A DNA stretch of 64,000 bases from Epiperipatus broadwayi (Eukaryota; Animalia; Onychophora): assembly GCA_028023455.1 (NCBI GenBank), contig JAQFVV010000009.1:16864001-16928000 (forward strand). The letters are read 5' to 3'. The notes beneath the pieces were generated by a model that was not told where the DNA came from, ran no database searches, and saw only the letters and a program-made list of their open reading frames with translations. The first letter of the stretch is position 1. Every line of letters starts with the position of its first letter. A program made the translations under genes and the position numbers. Below are positions 36,859 through 48,229 of this stretch, one piece after another.

Positions 36859-37771
36859 AAGAAAATTAAAATAAACTAACATTTTATTTTAATTCTTCAT
36901 CTTTGTTATCATTTATGCATCATTACAATTCATAAATTTTTTTATTTTCCCCTCGACTGAAAATCTTAAATTCTTCATCAATTATTAGAGAAAAAATATT
37001 ATTAATTATTATATTTAATAATAATTAAATTGTTTTATGGGCAATTGGGTTCTTTTTTTTAATGTCTTAAATATGGTATATCTAATATAGTCTGTTTTAG
37101 TCAAATCATAGAATAAATATACTGACTATTTTATTTCAAAATTATTATCTATTAAAGTTAAATAATGTAATACTTTAGTATGCAAAAATCGTTATCTATA
37201 TTACTTTTTTTTATTCACTTCTTTCAATGAATTTCTATATAATGTATCCTTATTAATATACTAAGTATTTGAAATGGTATATCAAAATAATTATATGGTA
37301 GAAAACCTGATTATTCTATAACTAAGTTTTAATTAGTTGTTTCATAAGTGTTTTATGTATAAATCAATTTAAAATGCCAATCCTGCTCCTTATTGAGACT
37401 TACTAGATTATCACTGACATCTAATAAATGAACATACACAAACTTATTTAAAGGTGCCAATCCTGCTCCTTAGTTTTTGAGACTTACTAGATTATCTTTA
37501 GCATCCAATAAATATATTAGTTGGAATTCATTTGTGAACTTGCCAACCTATAAGTAACCAGTCTTCCATTTCCACATTAATGATATGATCCATCTTAGTT
37601 AGACACAATTATATATAGTATTTCCTTCTCTTTCATATCTTAATTCTTTACATTTTCTCTCTATAATCCTAATAATTATTACATAATTTAGGTATTACAA
37701 AACTCATGGTAATTGTTTATTTAAGACAATTATTATATTTTTCCTCTATAGGGCTTTAATATATGAATAAA

Positions 37772-38350
37772 TTATAATTTATTAACATTATCACCATCAA
37801 TCAAATTTGATTCAACAATTTTTGATTTTACAAGTGTTTCTGATCTGTTTGAAATCATACAACCAATTTCAAATAAATCATACTCTGGAGATAATGTCAT
37901 CTTTAAAACTTCATCACCTACATTAACTATTTTATTTTTAAAATCAATCAAACATTTGTTCAGATGTAAAAAATCTACTCCCAATATCATTTCATGAATA
38001 AGTCCAGTTAATATCAAAAATACATGATAAATACATGTTTGATTAATAGTTAGTTTGATCCAGATTTGCTTCTGAATTAATTTTGCCCTTTTATTATTAG
38101 CTAGGGTAATCTGTACTGATTTTAGAGGTAAGGTTTTAATATGTGGATTTTTATCCATCAACCTTTTATAAAACTCCTCAGATATTACAGATATTTGGCT
38201 ACCACTATCTAATAAGGCTCTAATTTGCAAATCTTCAAACATAATATTAATTAATGGACAATTTTGAACAGCATACTTGGGTTCATCATCTTCCTCTGAA
38301 CATATTATGTTGGTGATTTGTTTAACTACAATTTTATTTTTGTTCCTCAT
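37772..38350 (-). CDS. pro: Retropepsin (aspartic protease); the frame is open ~28 codons further upstream and overlaps the gag end
   Basis: IRALLDSGSQISVIS catalytic motif and ILGVDFL flap/C-terminal motif. Confidence 0.9.
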   Translation of the reverse strand: MRNKNKIVVKQITNIICSEEDDEPKYAVQNCPLINIMFEDLQIRALLDSGSQISVISEEFYKRLMDKNPHIKTLPLKSVQITLANNKRAKLIQKQIWIKLTINQTCIYHVFLILTGLIHEMILGVDFLHLNKCLIDFKNKIVNVGDEVLKMTLSPEYDLFEIGCMISNRSETLVKSKIVESNLIDGDNVNKL

Positions 38351-38357
38351 TTTAAAT

Positions 38358-38410
38358 ATGGGTCTTTGAGGAGAGGAACTATTTCCGAAGACCCTCTTTA
38401 ATTTAATTTT
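38358..38410 (-). promoter_or_regulatory. Probable -1 ribosomal frameshift signal
   Basis: gag ends GCA AAA TTA AAT TAA. The -1 frame is open into pro. A GGGTCTT...AAGACCC stem with an inner GGAA/TTCC stem lies immediately downstream. Confidence 0.55.
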
Positions 38411-40398
38411 GCTGTTGTTTTGGGTATATTTTTATTATACCCTATTTTACCTTTATTCAATCCACTAGTAGATGCTATACTCTTAATTTCTGAAATTTGA
38501 CGTGTATCAGAACTTAATTTAACATCTGCATTATTATCACTCTTCGTTGTTTTACTTTGTGAATGATTAAAAGTCTTATGCTTTCTTTTTTTATAATTAA
38601 TAGCATTTACTTGAATATTTTCTTTCTTTCTTTCAAAATAATTTTGATTAACATTTTGATTATTTGAGTCAATATTATTTAAAATATCTATAATTTGTTC
38701 GATATTTTGTGCATTAGAAAATAATAAAGACTGCTCAATTTTCATAGGTAAGTTGTGTTTTGCAATACGAATAATTTGATTTTGGCTAAAATGATAAGTA
38801 TCAAGGGTTTTCAGTTTTGATACCTGTTTTCTAAAAAATTTAGTAAGAGTTTCACCTGGCAAATTTTTATACTTTTCCTGAAGTATTTGATACAACAGTG
38901 ATTCTTGACGATCACTATTCCAAAAATTCTTTATCAATAATGTTTGATATTCTTCAAAAGTTTTAGGTATTTGGAACAATGATTCCCACCATGATAAAGC
39001 ATCACCTTGTAAATGACTGTATGCTACTATCAATTTTTCACCTTCTGTCAAATTAGTATTTACTGAAAAATATAAATTTAAACTCTTTAGATGCTCTATT
39101 GGAGCTTCATTTGTAAACCCTTGAAAATGTTTTAATTTTACAAATTGATTTACAACATTAGATTGTAATACATGATTTGTATTGCTAACATTTTCTTTTT
39201 GCAGATTTATAGATGATTGTTGATTGTGATGGTGAGCAAAGTCTCCTATAAAATAACTAATATTATCCTCATTATTTTGTTCCCTTTGCATGTTTTCCAT
39301 CTCAATCACTATTTCATCTTGATGTTCCTTTTTATTTGGATCTTCCCTTATCCTATTAATAGCTTCTAATATTTGATTAAATTTATCTGAAGTAGTGTCT
39401 TCTTTAATATTAGATAATTTAATCCTTTTACAAGCTTGGGTATAATTTTCCATCATTATTTTTCTTTCTTTCTCAAACTCATCCTTCAAAACTTTTATGG
39501 TTTGATCTACGGTAATATTTTTATTTTCCAATTGATTAAATATCTCCGATTGATTCTCTAATAATATTTCAATATTATCTTTATTTAACTTTACGTCTGA
39601 ATCAATCAAATTTTGCTTCACATTTAGACACTGAAAATCTTTTTCCATAGACTGAATTTTCTTGTCTTGGTTATTAATTTCTATGTGGACATCTTTTATT
39701 TTCTCATCTAAAACCTTTTCAGTCTCTTCTTGGATTTTATACATATCAATTTGGAGATGATTGTATACAGTTTTTATTTCTAAAAATTTGTTTTCTACTT
39801 TATTTTCTAGCTTTGTTTCAAATTCAAAAAATCTTTTTTGACACTTAAGATCTGTTTCTTCAATAACCTTTTGAATTTTTTGAATTTCATTATTCATATT
39901 TGTTTGTATTTGTGATACCTCGTCCTTCAAATCTATTTTTATATTATCTAATTTTATTGATAATTCATTTGTAATATCTACTTTCACACTTTCCATCTTG
40001 GTATCGATATTTGTAGACAAATCTACTTTCACACTTTCCATCTTGGTATCGATATTTGTAGACAAATCTACTTTCAGATTTTCCATCTGAGTATGCATAT
40101 TTTCCATTTTGGTATCTATGTTTGTATTTAAATTCTCTATCATTTGTTGCATCATTAACATCATTTGACTTAATGATGGATTATCACTGGTTTTACTTTC
40201 TATAGGTTTGTCAACAATATCCATAATTTCTGGAACATGAGTATCTAATATAGAATTACTCTCAGACACACCTATATTTATTTGTTCATTAGTACTATTC
40301 ATAGTATCATCAGCTATATCTGAACTAAGTATCTCAGTTTGCATTTCTATATTATTAGTATTAGAAGAAAATATTTTATACTTACTTCTTGTAATCAT
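38398..40398 (-). CDS. gag: Gag (666 aa): N-terminal coiled coil plus Ty3/gypsy capsid-like domain
   Basis: Intact ORF after the PBS. FQGFTNEAPIEHL...EKLIVAYSHLQGDALSWWESL matches the retrotransposon gag consensus. Confidence 0.9.
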   Translation of the reverse strand: MITRSKYKIFSSNTNNIEMQTEILSSDIADDTMNSTNEQINIGVSESNSILDTHVPEIMDIVDKPIESKTSDNPSLSQMMLMMQQMIENLNTNIDTKMENMHTQMENLKVDLSTNIDTKMESVKVDLSTNIDTKMESVKVDITNELSIKLDNIKIDLKDEVSQIQTNMNNEIQKIQKVIEETDLKCQKRFFEFETKLENKVENKFLEIKTVYNHLQIDMYKIQEETEKVLDEKIKDVHIEINNQDKKIQSMEKDFQCLNVKQNLIDSDVKLNKDNIEILLENQSEIFNQLENKNITVDQTIKVLKDEFEKERKIMMENYTQACKRIKLSNIKEDTTSDKFNQILEAINRIREDPNKKEHQDEIVIEMENMQREQNNEDNISYFIGDFAHHHNQQSSINLQKENVSNTNHVLQSNVVNQFVKLKHFQGFTNEAPIEHLKSLNLYFSVNTNLTEGEKLIVAYSHLQGDALSWWESLFQIPKTFEEYQTLLIKNFWNSDRQESLLYQILQEKYKNLPGETLTKFFRKQVSKLKTLDTYHFSQNQIIRIAKHNLPMKIEQSLLFSNAQNIEQIIDILNNIDSNNQNVNQNYFERKKENIQVNAINYKKRKHKTFNHSQSKTTKSDNNADVKLSSDTRQISEIKSIASTSGLNKGKIGYNKNIPKTTAKLN
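39976..40076 (-). repeat. In-frame 45-bp tandem repeat in gag
   Basis: Perfect 45-nt unit (KVDLSTNIDTKMESV) twice plus an 11-nt partial unit. Confidence 0.95.
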
Positions 40399-40735
40399 AA
40401 AACTATCTTTAACTTAACTATAACTTTATTTGTACGATAATATATTATTTATCATAGGATATTAATGCGATGCCTTTCTCTTTTCAAGATATATATGTGT
40501 GTTCTTACTCTAATGCCTAATTTTAAAATTATATTTTTAAGCGAGTGATCTATTCATTTAAATTTTACTTATTTAATTTTCAAAGTCTCCATTATTTTAT
40601 TACCTACTATTTTACAACACATTTAATATGAGACTATTATTAATACTATTTATCCCTCAATGTTTTGTATCGCTATACAAACAATATAAAATCTATGATT
40701 CAATATAATAATGATATGGAATCTATGATTCAAGG

Positions 40736-40753
40736 CCCTAGTTGTGTGCGCCA
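40736..40753 (-). promoter_or_regulatory. Primer binding site
   Basis: TGGCGCACACAACTAGGG starts 2 nt after the 5' LTR. TGGCGC-type PBS; primer tRNA not assigned. Confidence 0.7.
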
Positions 40754-40755
40754 TA

Positions 40756-42704
40756 TGTAACGGTATGCCCCCTCTCAACAAGATAAGTTAAGGCAGTCAC
40801 ATCTCACTATAGTCAGATTTAAGGTCTTCATATAGGATGCCATGAATGATGTGATTTAATTTTGATATAAAACTATATTTGTTCCCAATAACTAATTTAT
40901 TATTTTAAAAAAATTATTATATCTAAACCACATCAAATCACTTTTCACCTTAATTAACTTTACCGTTATGCTCAGATTTCGAACTCAGGGAAGTTTAACA
41001 CTTTACTCTCTTCAGGGGTTCCTATCAATATTTTAAAGTAATATTAACAACGAATCTCACTAACTCTTTAATTCAAATAAAACAAAATTGAAGACTTCAT
41101 TTAATATAAAAAACATAATTATTTATTTAACAATTAAATAATTTAAATTTTACAATATATAAAAAATATTTATATATCTACCTCCTTATATTAAAAATAT
41201 AAACATTCTCTTTGCTTACGGTAGATATATTTTCTAAACCTATAACACTATGTGATTTTACAATGTATATAGAATATAAGTATCCTAATATTTAGACATT
41301 TATATTAACATTATTTTACAATAATTGGGTTATACAAATAATAATCCAATCATTTGTATATAATACCTTCATTCGTTAAAATGATTGTCTGTAATTTATA
41401 TTTATTAATATAAAAATAGATACTTCACAACAATATTAATCATTTATTCATTTATCATACATTACTGTTATTAAACTATTTAGATTAGTATAAACAATGT
41501 AGTGTCATATCATATAAAATAATAATATGTGGATTTAAAAATAATTTAATCTCTTACCTCTAAGTTCACATTATCCCGTTCCCAAAATTAACATTTATTA
41601 ACCGATATTTAAATCTTTATTAATCATAAATAAAAACAAAAATATTCTAAATTATTAATTCTCTCTTATTATTCATTTTTATAATAAAATGAATACGATG
41701 ATAAAGAAAATGAAATTAACTTTCCTAATTATAATTTTCAAAAATCTTAAATGGTATTTACAAAAGTTAATGTTCCTCGCGAATGAAAATCCTTCGAAGA
41801 TGCAGTTTTTTGATTCCTTTGTTGTTAAACATTAAAGAGAATAATATTAGGATATCCTAAGTTGACATTTAGTTTCCTCTTTATATTCATCTTCTTAATA
41901 CAAAGTTCCTTCATTAACATTTATAATTCCATTTTGAAGATCTAATTTTTATAATTTTAAGGCATTCATAATTCCATTTTGAAGATCTAATTTCTTTATA
42001 ATTTTAAGGCATTCAGCAAATGATGTTATTCCCACATATATATTTGATTAGGCAAGTGCATTTTATCTATCCCATGATAAATATTTGTGTTCTAGCCACT
42101 TTGCATTTTCTTTATAATGTAAAGTACATTAAATTTGAATGAAGTTTGTATAAACATGTTCTTTTTTTTAAGACGCTGTTTAGATTTTAAAACGTAATTC
42201 AAACAATTTTTTATAGAACACAAAATATATATTTAGATTACTTTCTTTGAACAAATATAAGAAATTTCTTCTAATGAGTATTCAATTGTTCAAAATATAA
42301 ACTTCAACTTACACTATTCTTTGAAATCAAACATAGTAGAAGTTTTTATGAGAATATAGCTGATAAAAATAGAATCCTTATTCTTCTAACAACAAGAATA
42401 GAATTAATATATCATGTCTCGCTCCATCAGCTTGCTGAAGCATATGCATTCTCATTGTTGCAATAACAATTAGATATTAAAACACTAAGTTAATTTCATT
42501 TCCTTTAATTCGATAAACTGTGAACCCAGAGGTCATTTATCACCTTGTCAACAGTCTTTTGTCAACAACATCATTTTTCATTTTAAAGAATGAAAAATAG
42601 TAACTTAACAAGTTATATATTTATTTTCATAAGTATAATAATAATGTAAATATAATCTATACATATTGATTACATGTATGTATGAGTATATATATACTCC
42701 TACA
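40756..42704 (-). repeat. 5' LTR (1949 bp)
   Basis: Direct repeat of 34898-36845. Confidence 0.95.
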
Positions 42705-42985
42705 ATATATATATATATATAGGTATTTTTTAATTTATTTTTTCTCTGATAATCAATTTTTTTTTCATCTTATATAATTTTATAATATATTTTTTCCATT
42801 GTAATTTTTTTTCTTTTTAGCTTATTTTTTCTATTTTTTTTTGTACATATTCATAATTTTTTTTTTTTCTAATTATTAATTTTATCCATGTAATAAATAC
42901 TTAACATTTGTCTTTGTAAATATATTTTAGACATTTTTATCTGTAACTTATTGCAAAGTTTTCGATAAAGATCTTTTGAAACATC

Positions 42986-45900
42986 ATGATGATGATGATG
43001 ATGATGATGATGATAATTCAATTCTAATTTATTATGTACACGTCAACACCTTTGCTCTAACAGAAATACACAAGTAAATATTAATACATTATTAATAATT
43101 ATAAAATAAATATGTACTATATTAACATTTTAACAAAAATGTGCAATAAAGAAAATTACAATTCATAATCAAAATATGAAAAAATATATAAATACAAGTT
43201 ATCTAATTTCCTTTTAATATTAGTTATCAAATAATCACAAAAAATATCAATGTTATTGAATTTTTGATTATATAACTTTTGCAATCTGTTAATGACAGAT
43301 TTGTTTAAAAAAGAATTTTTACTTTTTTTAATATTAAAAGTGTATACTTCCCTTAACAAATAAAATGGCATTCTTAATTCTATTTTAAGTATACACTCAT
43401 TAACATCAATTTTTCCATCAATTAACTTTTTTAAGAATATCGTATCTTTACTTAGTTTTCTTTCAATTAGTATTGTTTTAAGATTTAAATTTTCTCCCTT
43501 TATTAGCTTAATAAATCTTTTCTCTACATTAGAAATTTTAGATTTAATATAAATCAAATTCAAATTCGACATAGAAGAACCATATTTCCACAAAAGTTCA
43601 ACAAGAGAACAGAATAACATGTACTTTATATAAGGAGTAATTATAAATTTATTTAAACGCATTACGTAAATAATATTCATTAAGGCTGTAGCCTCAATCA
43701 CATGCGTATAAAATGCGATAGTAGGGACCTCTACAGGTCTTAAACCACATGCTTACTCTTGGAGAGATCCCTACTATCGCATTTTAGACGCATGTGATTG
43801 AGGCTACAGCCTTAATGAATATTATTTATATAAGGAGATAAATCTCTGCCAAATCTCAAAATACATCCTATCTGTTTATATGCTCATTAAAAGTAAAATA
43901 ATTACAAAATATAATTCTTAGATCAGAAACAACTTCTTTGTATATAATAACATCTTCCTCAATCTTATAATGCTAAAAAGATCTTTCTGTTTTATTGGTG
44001 TAAGAGACAATACATGTTTTATTTATATTTAATATTATAAATTTACACTATTCTTTGAAATAAACAATATCTCTTTGAAGATCAATATGATCATCATTTG
44101 TGCTAATCCTTTTAAATAATTTACAGTCATCTTCATAGGTAAGTAACATAATTTTTAATGTTTTGATCAAGATCGCACATGAAAACAATAAAGGTGCTAA
44201 AATTCTACCCTGAGGAATCTCAATCTTATTTTTGAATAACTTAGAGTCAAAATTATCTATAAAAATGTAAGAGCCTCTATTTTCCAAATAATTAATAAAC
44301 CATGCAATTAAATGAGAATTAATTCCAATCACTTTAAGTTTATATGTAAGGCGTATCACATTATCAAATGCTTGTCACATATCAAAGTAAATAATGTCAA
44401 ACTTGCATCTGTTTAGAAAGAGCAAGAGCAATATGATCAGATATTACCATTAGAATAGTATCAACAGACTTTTCAGATACAAAACCATGTTCATAATTAG
44501 GCAAGACTTTAATCATATCTGTAATAATATTATTATAAATACATCTTTCAAAATCCTAGCAAATGAAGACAGTACTGAGATAGGACTATAATTACCTGGA
44601 TCAGATATATCTCCCTTTTTACAAATGGGTACAATCTTAGAAATTTTAAATATGTCATGAACAATGCATTTTTCAATAGACAAATTAATTATATAATGTA
44701 ATGAAGTTACCAAACACCCTGCACAAACCTTACTAATAAAATTAGGAATATTATCATGTCCCACTTTTATCTTTATTAATATTTCCACTACTTTTATTTT
44801 TTGATTCAATATTAGTCATATCACCATCAGTAATATTTGAATACATATTTGTAAAATAATTAACTAATTCATTCATAAAAACTGTATTAAATTATTTTTG
44901 TAACTTTTATTTCCAATAATATTTAAATTTTTAATATAATTCAAAAACATTCGTGGATTATATTTATAACTTTTTTGAATGTTATTTAAGTGATCATCAT
45001 AGTCTCTTTTTATAATAATTTTTGTATAAACATGCAATATACTAAATTTCTTATATAATTTTTTATCATTGGTTAATTTATATAATCTACGATATTTATG
45101 TTTTCTATTTAGTATCTTACATAATTCTTTAGAAAAACATTTAGGATATTTATACTATTATATTGTGAACATCTAACAGGAATATAATAATTTAGACAAT
45201 TTTGAATTATAAACTTATTTACAGCTTCATTTGGATCATTTTCTATAAAAATTACACTCCAATCAGTATTTTCCAAAACTTTATATAAACCATAGTAATT
45301 ACCAAGTCTATAATCTTTGAAAGTACTTTTAGCAGACTTTATATGCTTATATGACCCATCTATTACAAATTCCAAAGATGGATGATAACAATCAGGAGAT
45401 ATAAAAGCCTGACCAGCCAAATTACATTTTAAAATATCATTGGTACTAAATAATAGTTCAAGTACTTTACCCTGAACATTAGTAACTCTATTAAACTGCC
45501 TTAATTTAATTAATTCAACAAAAAAAATTATTCTAAATAATTTGTTATTTTTACCAATATCCTTATTATTACATATTAGATAATCTGGTTCATTAAAATC
45601 ACCCACTATAATAATATCATATTCTTATTTCACTAAGATATCTTCAATTTGTGTCAAAAATGTATCCACTTCACTAAAAGAGTAGGTCGAAAATATACAG
45701 TACCCAATAATATATTGTTTTTACTTTTTAAATCTATTTCAATCCAACAGGATTCAATATAATTATCACTAAAAAAAATTTGAGCATTCTTAATACGTTT
45801 TTGAACTCCAATCAATGTACCACCACCTCTAGCTTCATTTACATATTTTCTATCACATCTGTATAAGCAATATCAAATATATTTACATTATTAATACTTT

Positions 45901-46030
45901 CATTTAACCAGGTCTTAGTTAAAATAGTAATATCATATTCATGTAATAACAGTTCAGTTCAGACTTAGTTCTAAATCCATGTACATTTTGATAATAACAA
46001 TGCAATGAATGCTATTTTTTACAAAACTTA
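42986..46030 (-). mobile_element. CR1-clade LINE ORF2 remnant with (ATC)n tail
   Basis: YYQNVHGFRTK and YDITILTKTWLN (~45990-45905), MGDFN, KIVPICKKGD...NYSPISVL, YEDDCKLFKRI, LFCSLV. (GAT)n at 42986-43014 on +. Confidence 0.85.
43638..43824. mobile_element. Family E fold-back insertion with 13-bp TSD, inside the CR1 remnant
   Basis: Arms 43667-43732 and 43763-43828 (66 bp), left arm extended 29 nt. TTTATATAAGGAG at 43625-43637 and 43825-43837. Removing the insert restores the CR1 reading FGRDLSPYIKYMLFCSLV. Confidence 0.8.
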
Positions 46031-46749
46031 ATAGAATTCTCTTCTTACAAATTTCTATCTTTTGCATGCCTACTATTTTCACTATCACAATCAATTAGTA
46101 AAATATTTCCATTTAAATTTTCAACATTATTATTACAATTTAATAACATATCTTCCTATATCATGTCATCATCATCTTCATAATAGTAGTAGTAATAGTA
46201 GTAGTAATTCCACAGCAAACAATGCAACTTCTGGTCATCAAAAAAAGATTACTGGCATTTAAACTCAAAAACTGCAAAACTAAGATTTCTCAAATAAAAA
46301 ATTATATGTACACAGGTAATAAACAAAATTGGACAATCTAAAATGAATTTTCTACAAGACTTTTGAATTGAAACACAAATTTCCCATAAAATAAATAATT
46401 TTCCAACAATAAAATCAAACTACATGGCAGCCACAGACTTTACTACTGCTTGTTGCCAAGGCAATGATTACTGAGCTTAAAACCCCAAAACCATGCAAAA
46501 GTGACATTTTTCAAAACAACCATATATACACAGATAACAAAGTTTTAAGTTTTCCATGAGACTTTAATTGTTTATACAAATTTTTTCATAAAATAAATAA
46601 TTTTCCAACAATAAAACAAAACAGTATTAGTTACTACCCACCTTGCTACTGCTTGTTCTCAAGACAAAGATTAAGCAACCCAAAAGTAAATATTCTAAGT
46701 TTAAACTCAGAAATTTCAAATCAACAACCAAAGTTGAACAATTCCATGA

Positions 46750-46930
46750 AGCTTTAATGTAAAGATTCAAACCAATTCAGGAAATATTCAGCAAATGAAA
46801 AAATTTAACATCATTAAAATCAAAAAATATGGTGGGCATCATGTTAAGTGACCAAGTGGATGGCACCAAAAAACCTTCAATGACAATTAATCCCCACAAG
46901 GACTTATGCAAATGCAAAAAAAACAAGCTT
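46750..46930 (+). mobile_element. Possible RTE 3' remnant
   Basis: KIWWA(G)HHVK...SGWHQK after a frameshift, similar to RTE KWRWAGH...RWTK. Confidence 0.35.
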
Positions 46931-47867
46931 GCAAGCTTTAAACAATAAAAAAGATATAAACATATCTATTAACAAAGTGATACCAACAAATCAATGACAT
47001 AAATGAACTGGATTTTTTAAAAAAAACCAAGATACACCTATATAAACTCAGTGCAACATCACAACCATGCAAGACATCACTCATTCTATAATATACCCTA
47101 CAACAAGAATTCTTTATAAAAAAAAAGTTTTACTGCACCATATACATATGTAATCATTGAACACTAAACATGTAAACTAATGTATAACTTCCCATTTAAA
47201 TTTATGTACATATGTAACTTGCATAAGTCTATGTAATCAAATATCATACTGATCTTAAATAATAATAATTATCTAAATAAAAAGCAATTATAATAAAGTT
47301 TATTAAATAACCCATAGGTTATACTTCAATGGTTATAATGATTTAAAAATGTATCCCAATAAAATATTAATACATAATAATGCTCCAATGTTATTGGGAA
47401 TTCACAAACACATTTAATTAATAGCATTCAGAATGATGTAAAGCACAATTAATTTCATTTGTAATATAATCCTTTCCAGAACACGATATAAAGATTGATA
47501 AAGTCTATTTAGCACACTCATTAATCCAAAGTAAGCTATATTTTCACATTATTCCATCTTAGGATTTATTTCTAAATTCAACATTTATCATTCTTAATAT
47601 TTGCATTGATAATCCTAATTTTATATATAGAGCTCTATATATAACATGTGTAAACCCAAGCTTTATTAGATTAGGTCATGTGACATATGACTTGATTTTT
47701 TTTTTAATAATCCTAATTGTATGTCCTTTATAAAAATTGTAACTCTTCTTTGACCTATGTAGTTTTCTACATCAACTCATTCATAGAAATTCCATCACAG
47801 GCATGTAAACATATGTATGCAAATGATAATCAATGTACAATTTCTTTAGTTCAATAAAGTTCCTTTT

Positions 47868-47870
<3 letters not shown>

Positions 47871-47928
<58 letters not shown>

Positions 47929-47965
47929 TGATGATGATGATGATGATGATGATAATGATAATGAT
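47871..47965. repeat. (AAT)n(GAT)n microsatellite
   Basis: Direct reading. Confidence 0.95.
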
Positions 47966-48229
47966 TCTGCAGAAAATCCTGGTATTGTCTGCATGACAAC
48001 TAAAAGCTATCTAGATTCAAACCTCCAAATCTCATAAAAAAACCATCAGAGGTGATAAATTGTATAACTTTTTTAATTAAAACAGAAAAACTTAATAATA
48101 CATCAAATATATAAACTTCTGTGTTTGTGTATATAACAATCTATTATTTATATTTTTTGTTGATCATTAAAATTCAACAAAGATGACTGCCAGCTGTTCA
48201 TGTGAAAAAGTGGTTGGCAACAATGCAAG

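Larger units (their letters stand above)
34898..42704 (-). mobile_element. Ty3/gypsy-type LTR retrotransposon, non-autonomous (gag and protease only)
   Basis: Two ~1.95-kb LTRs with TG...CA ends, ATAT on both flanks, PBS, PPT and intact gag and protease ORFs. No RT, RNase H or integrase in the internal region. Confidence 0.92.

Noticed and set aside
43638-43701. N-terminus MIEATALMNIIYVMRLNK of ORF 43156-43701 as CR1 coding sequence
   Set aside because: It comes from the TSD-flanked family E insert; the CR1 frame is restored only when the insert is removed.
47781-47999. Poly-His/Tyr ORF (also 53233-53478, and the HT/YI repeat ORFs at 4686-4886, 4938-5132 and 31737-31940)
   Set aside because: Translations of microsatellites.
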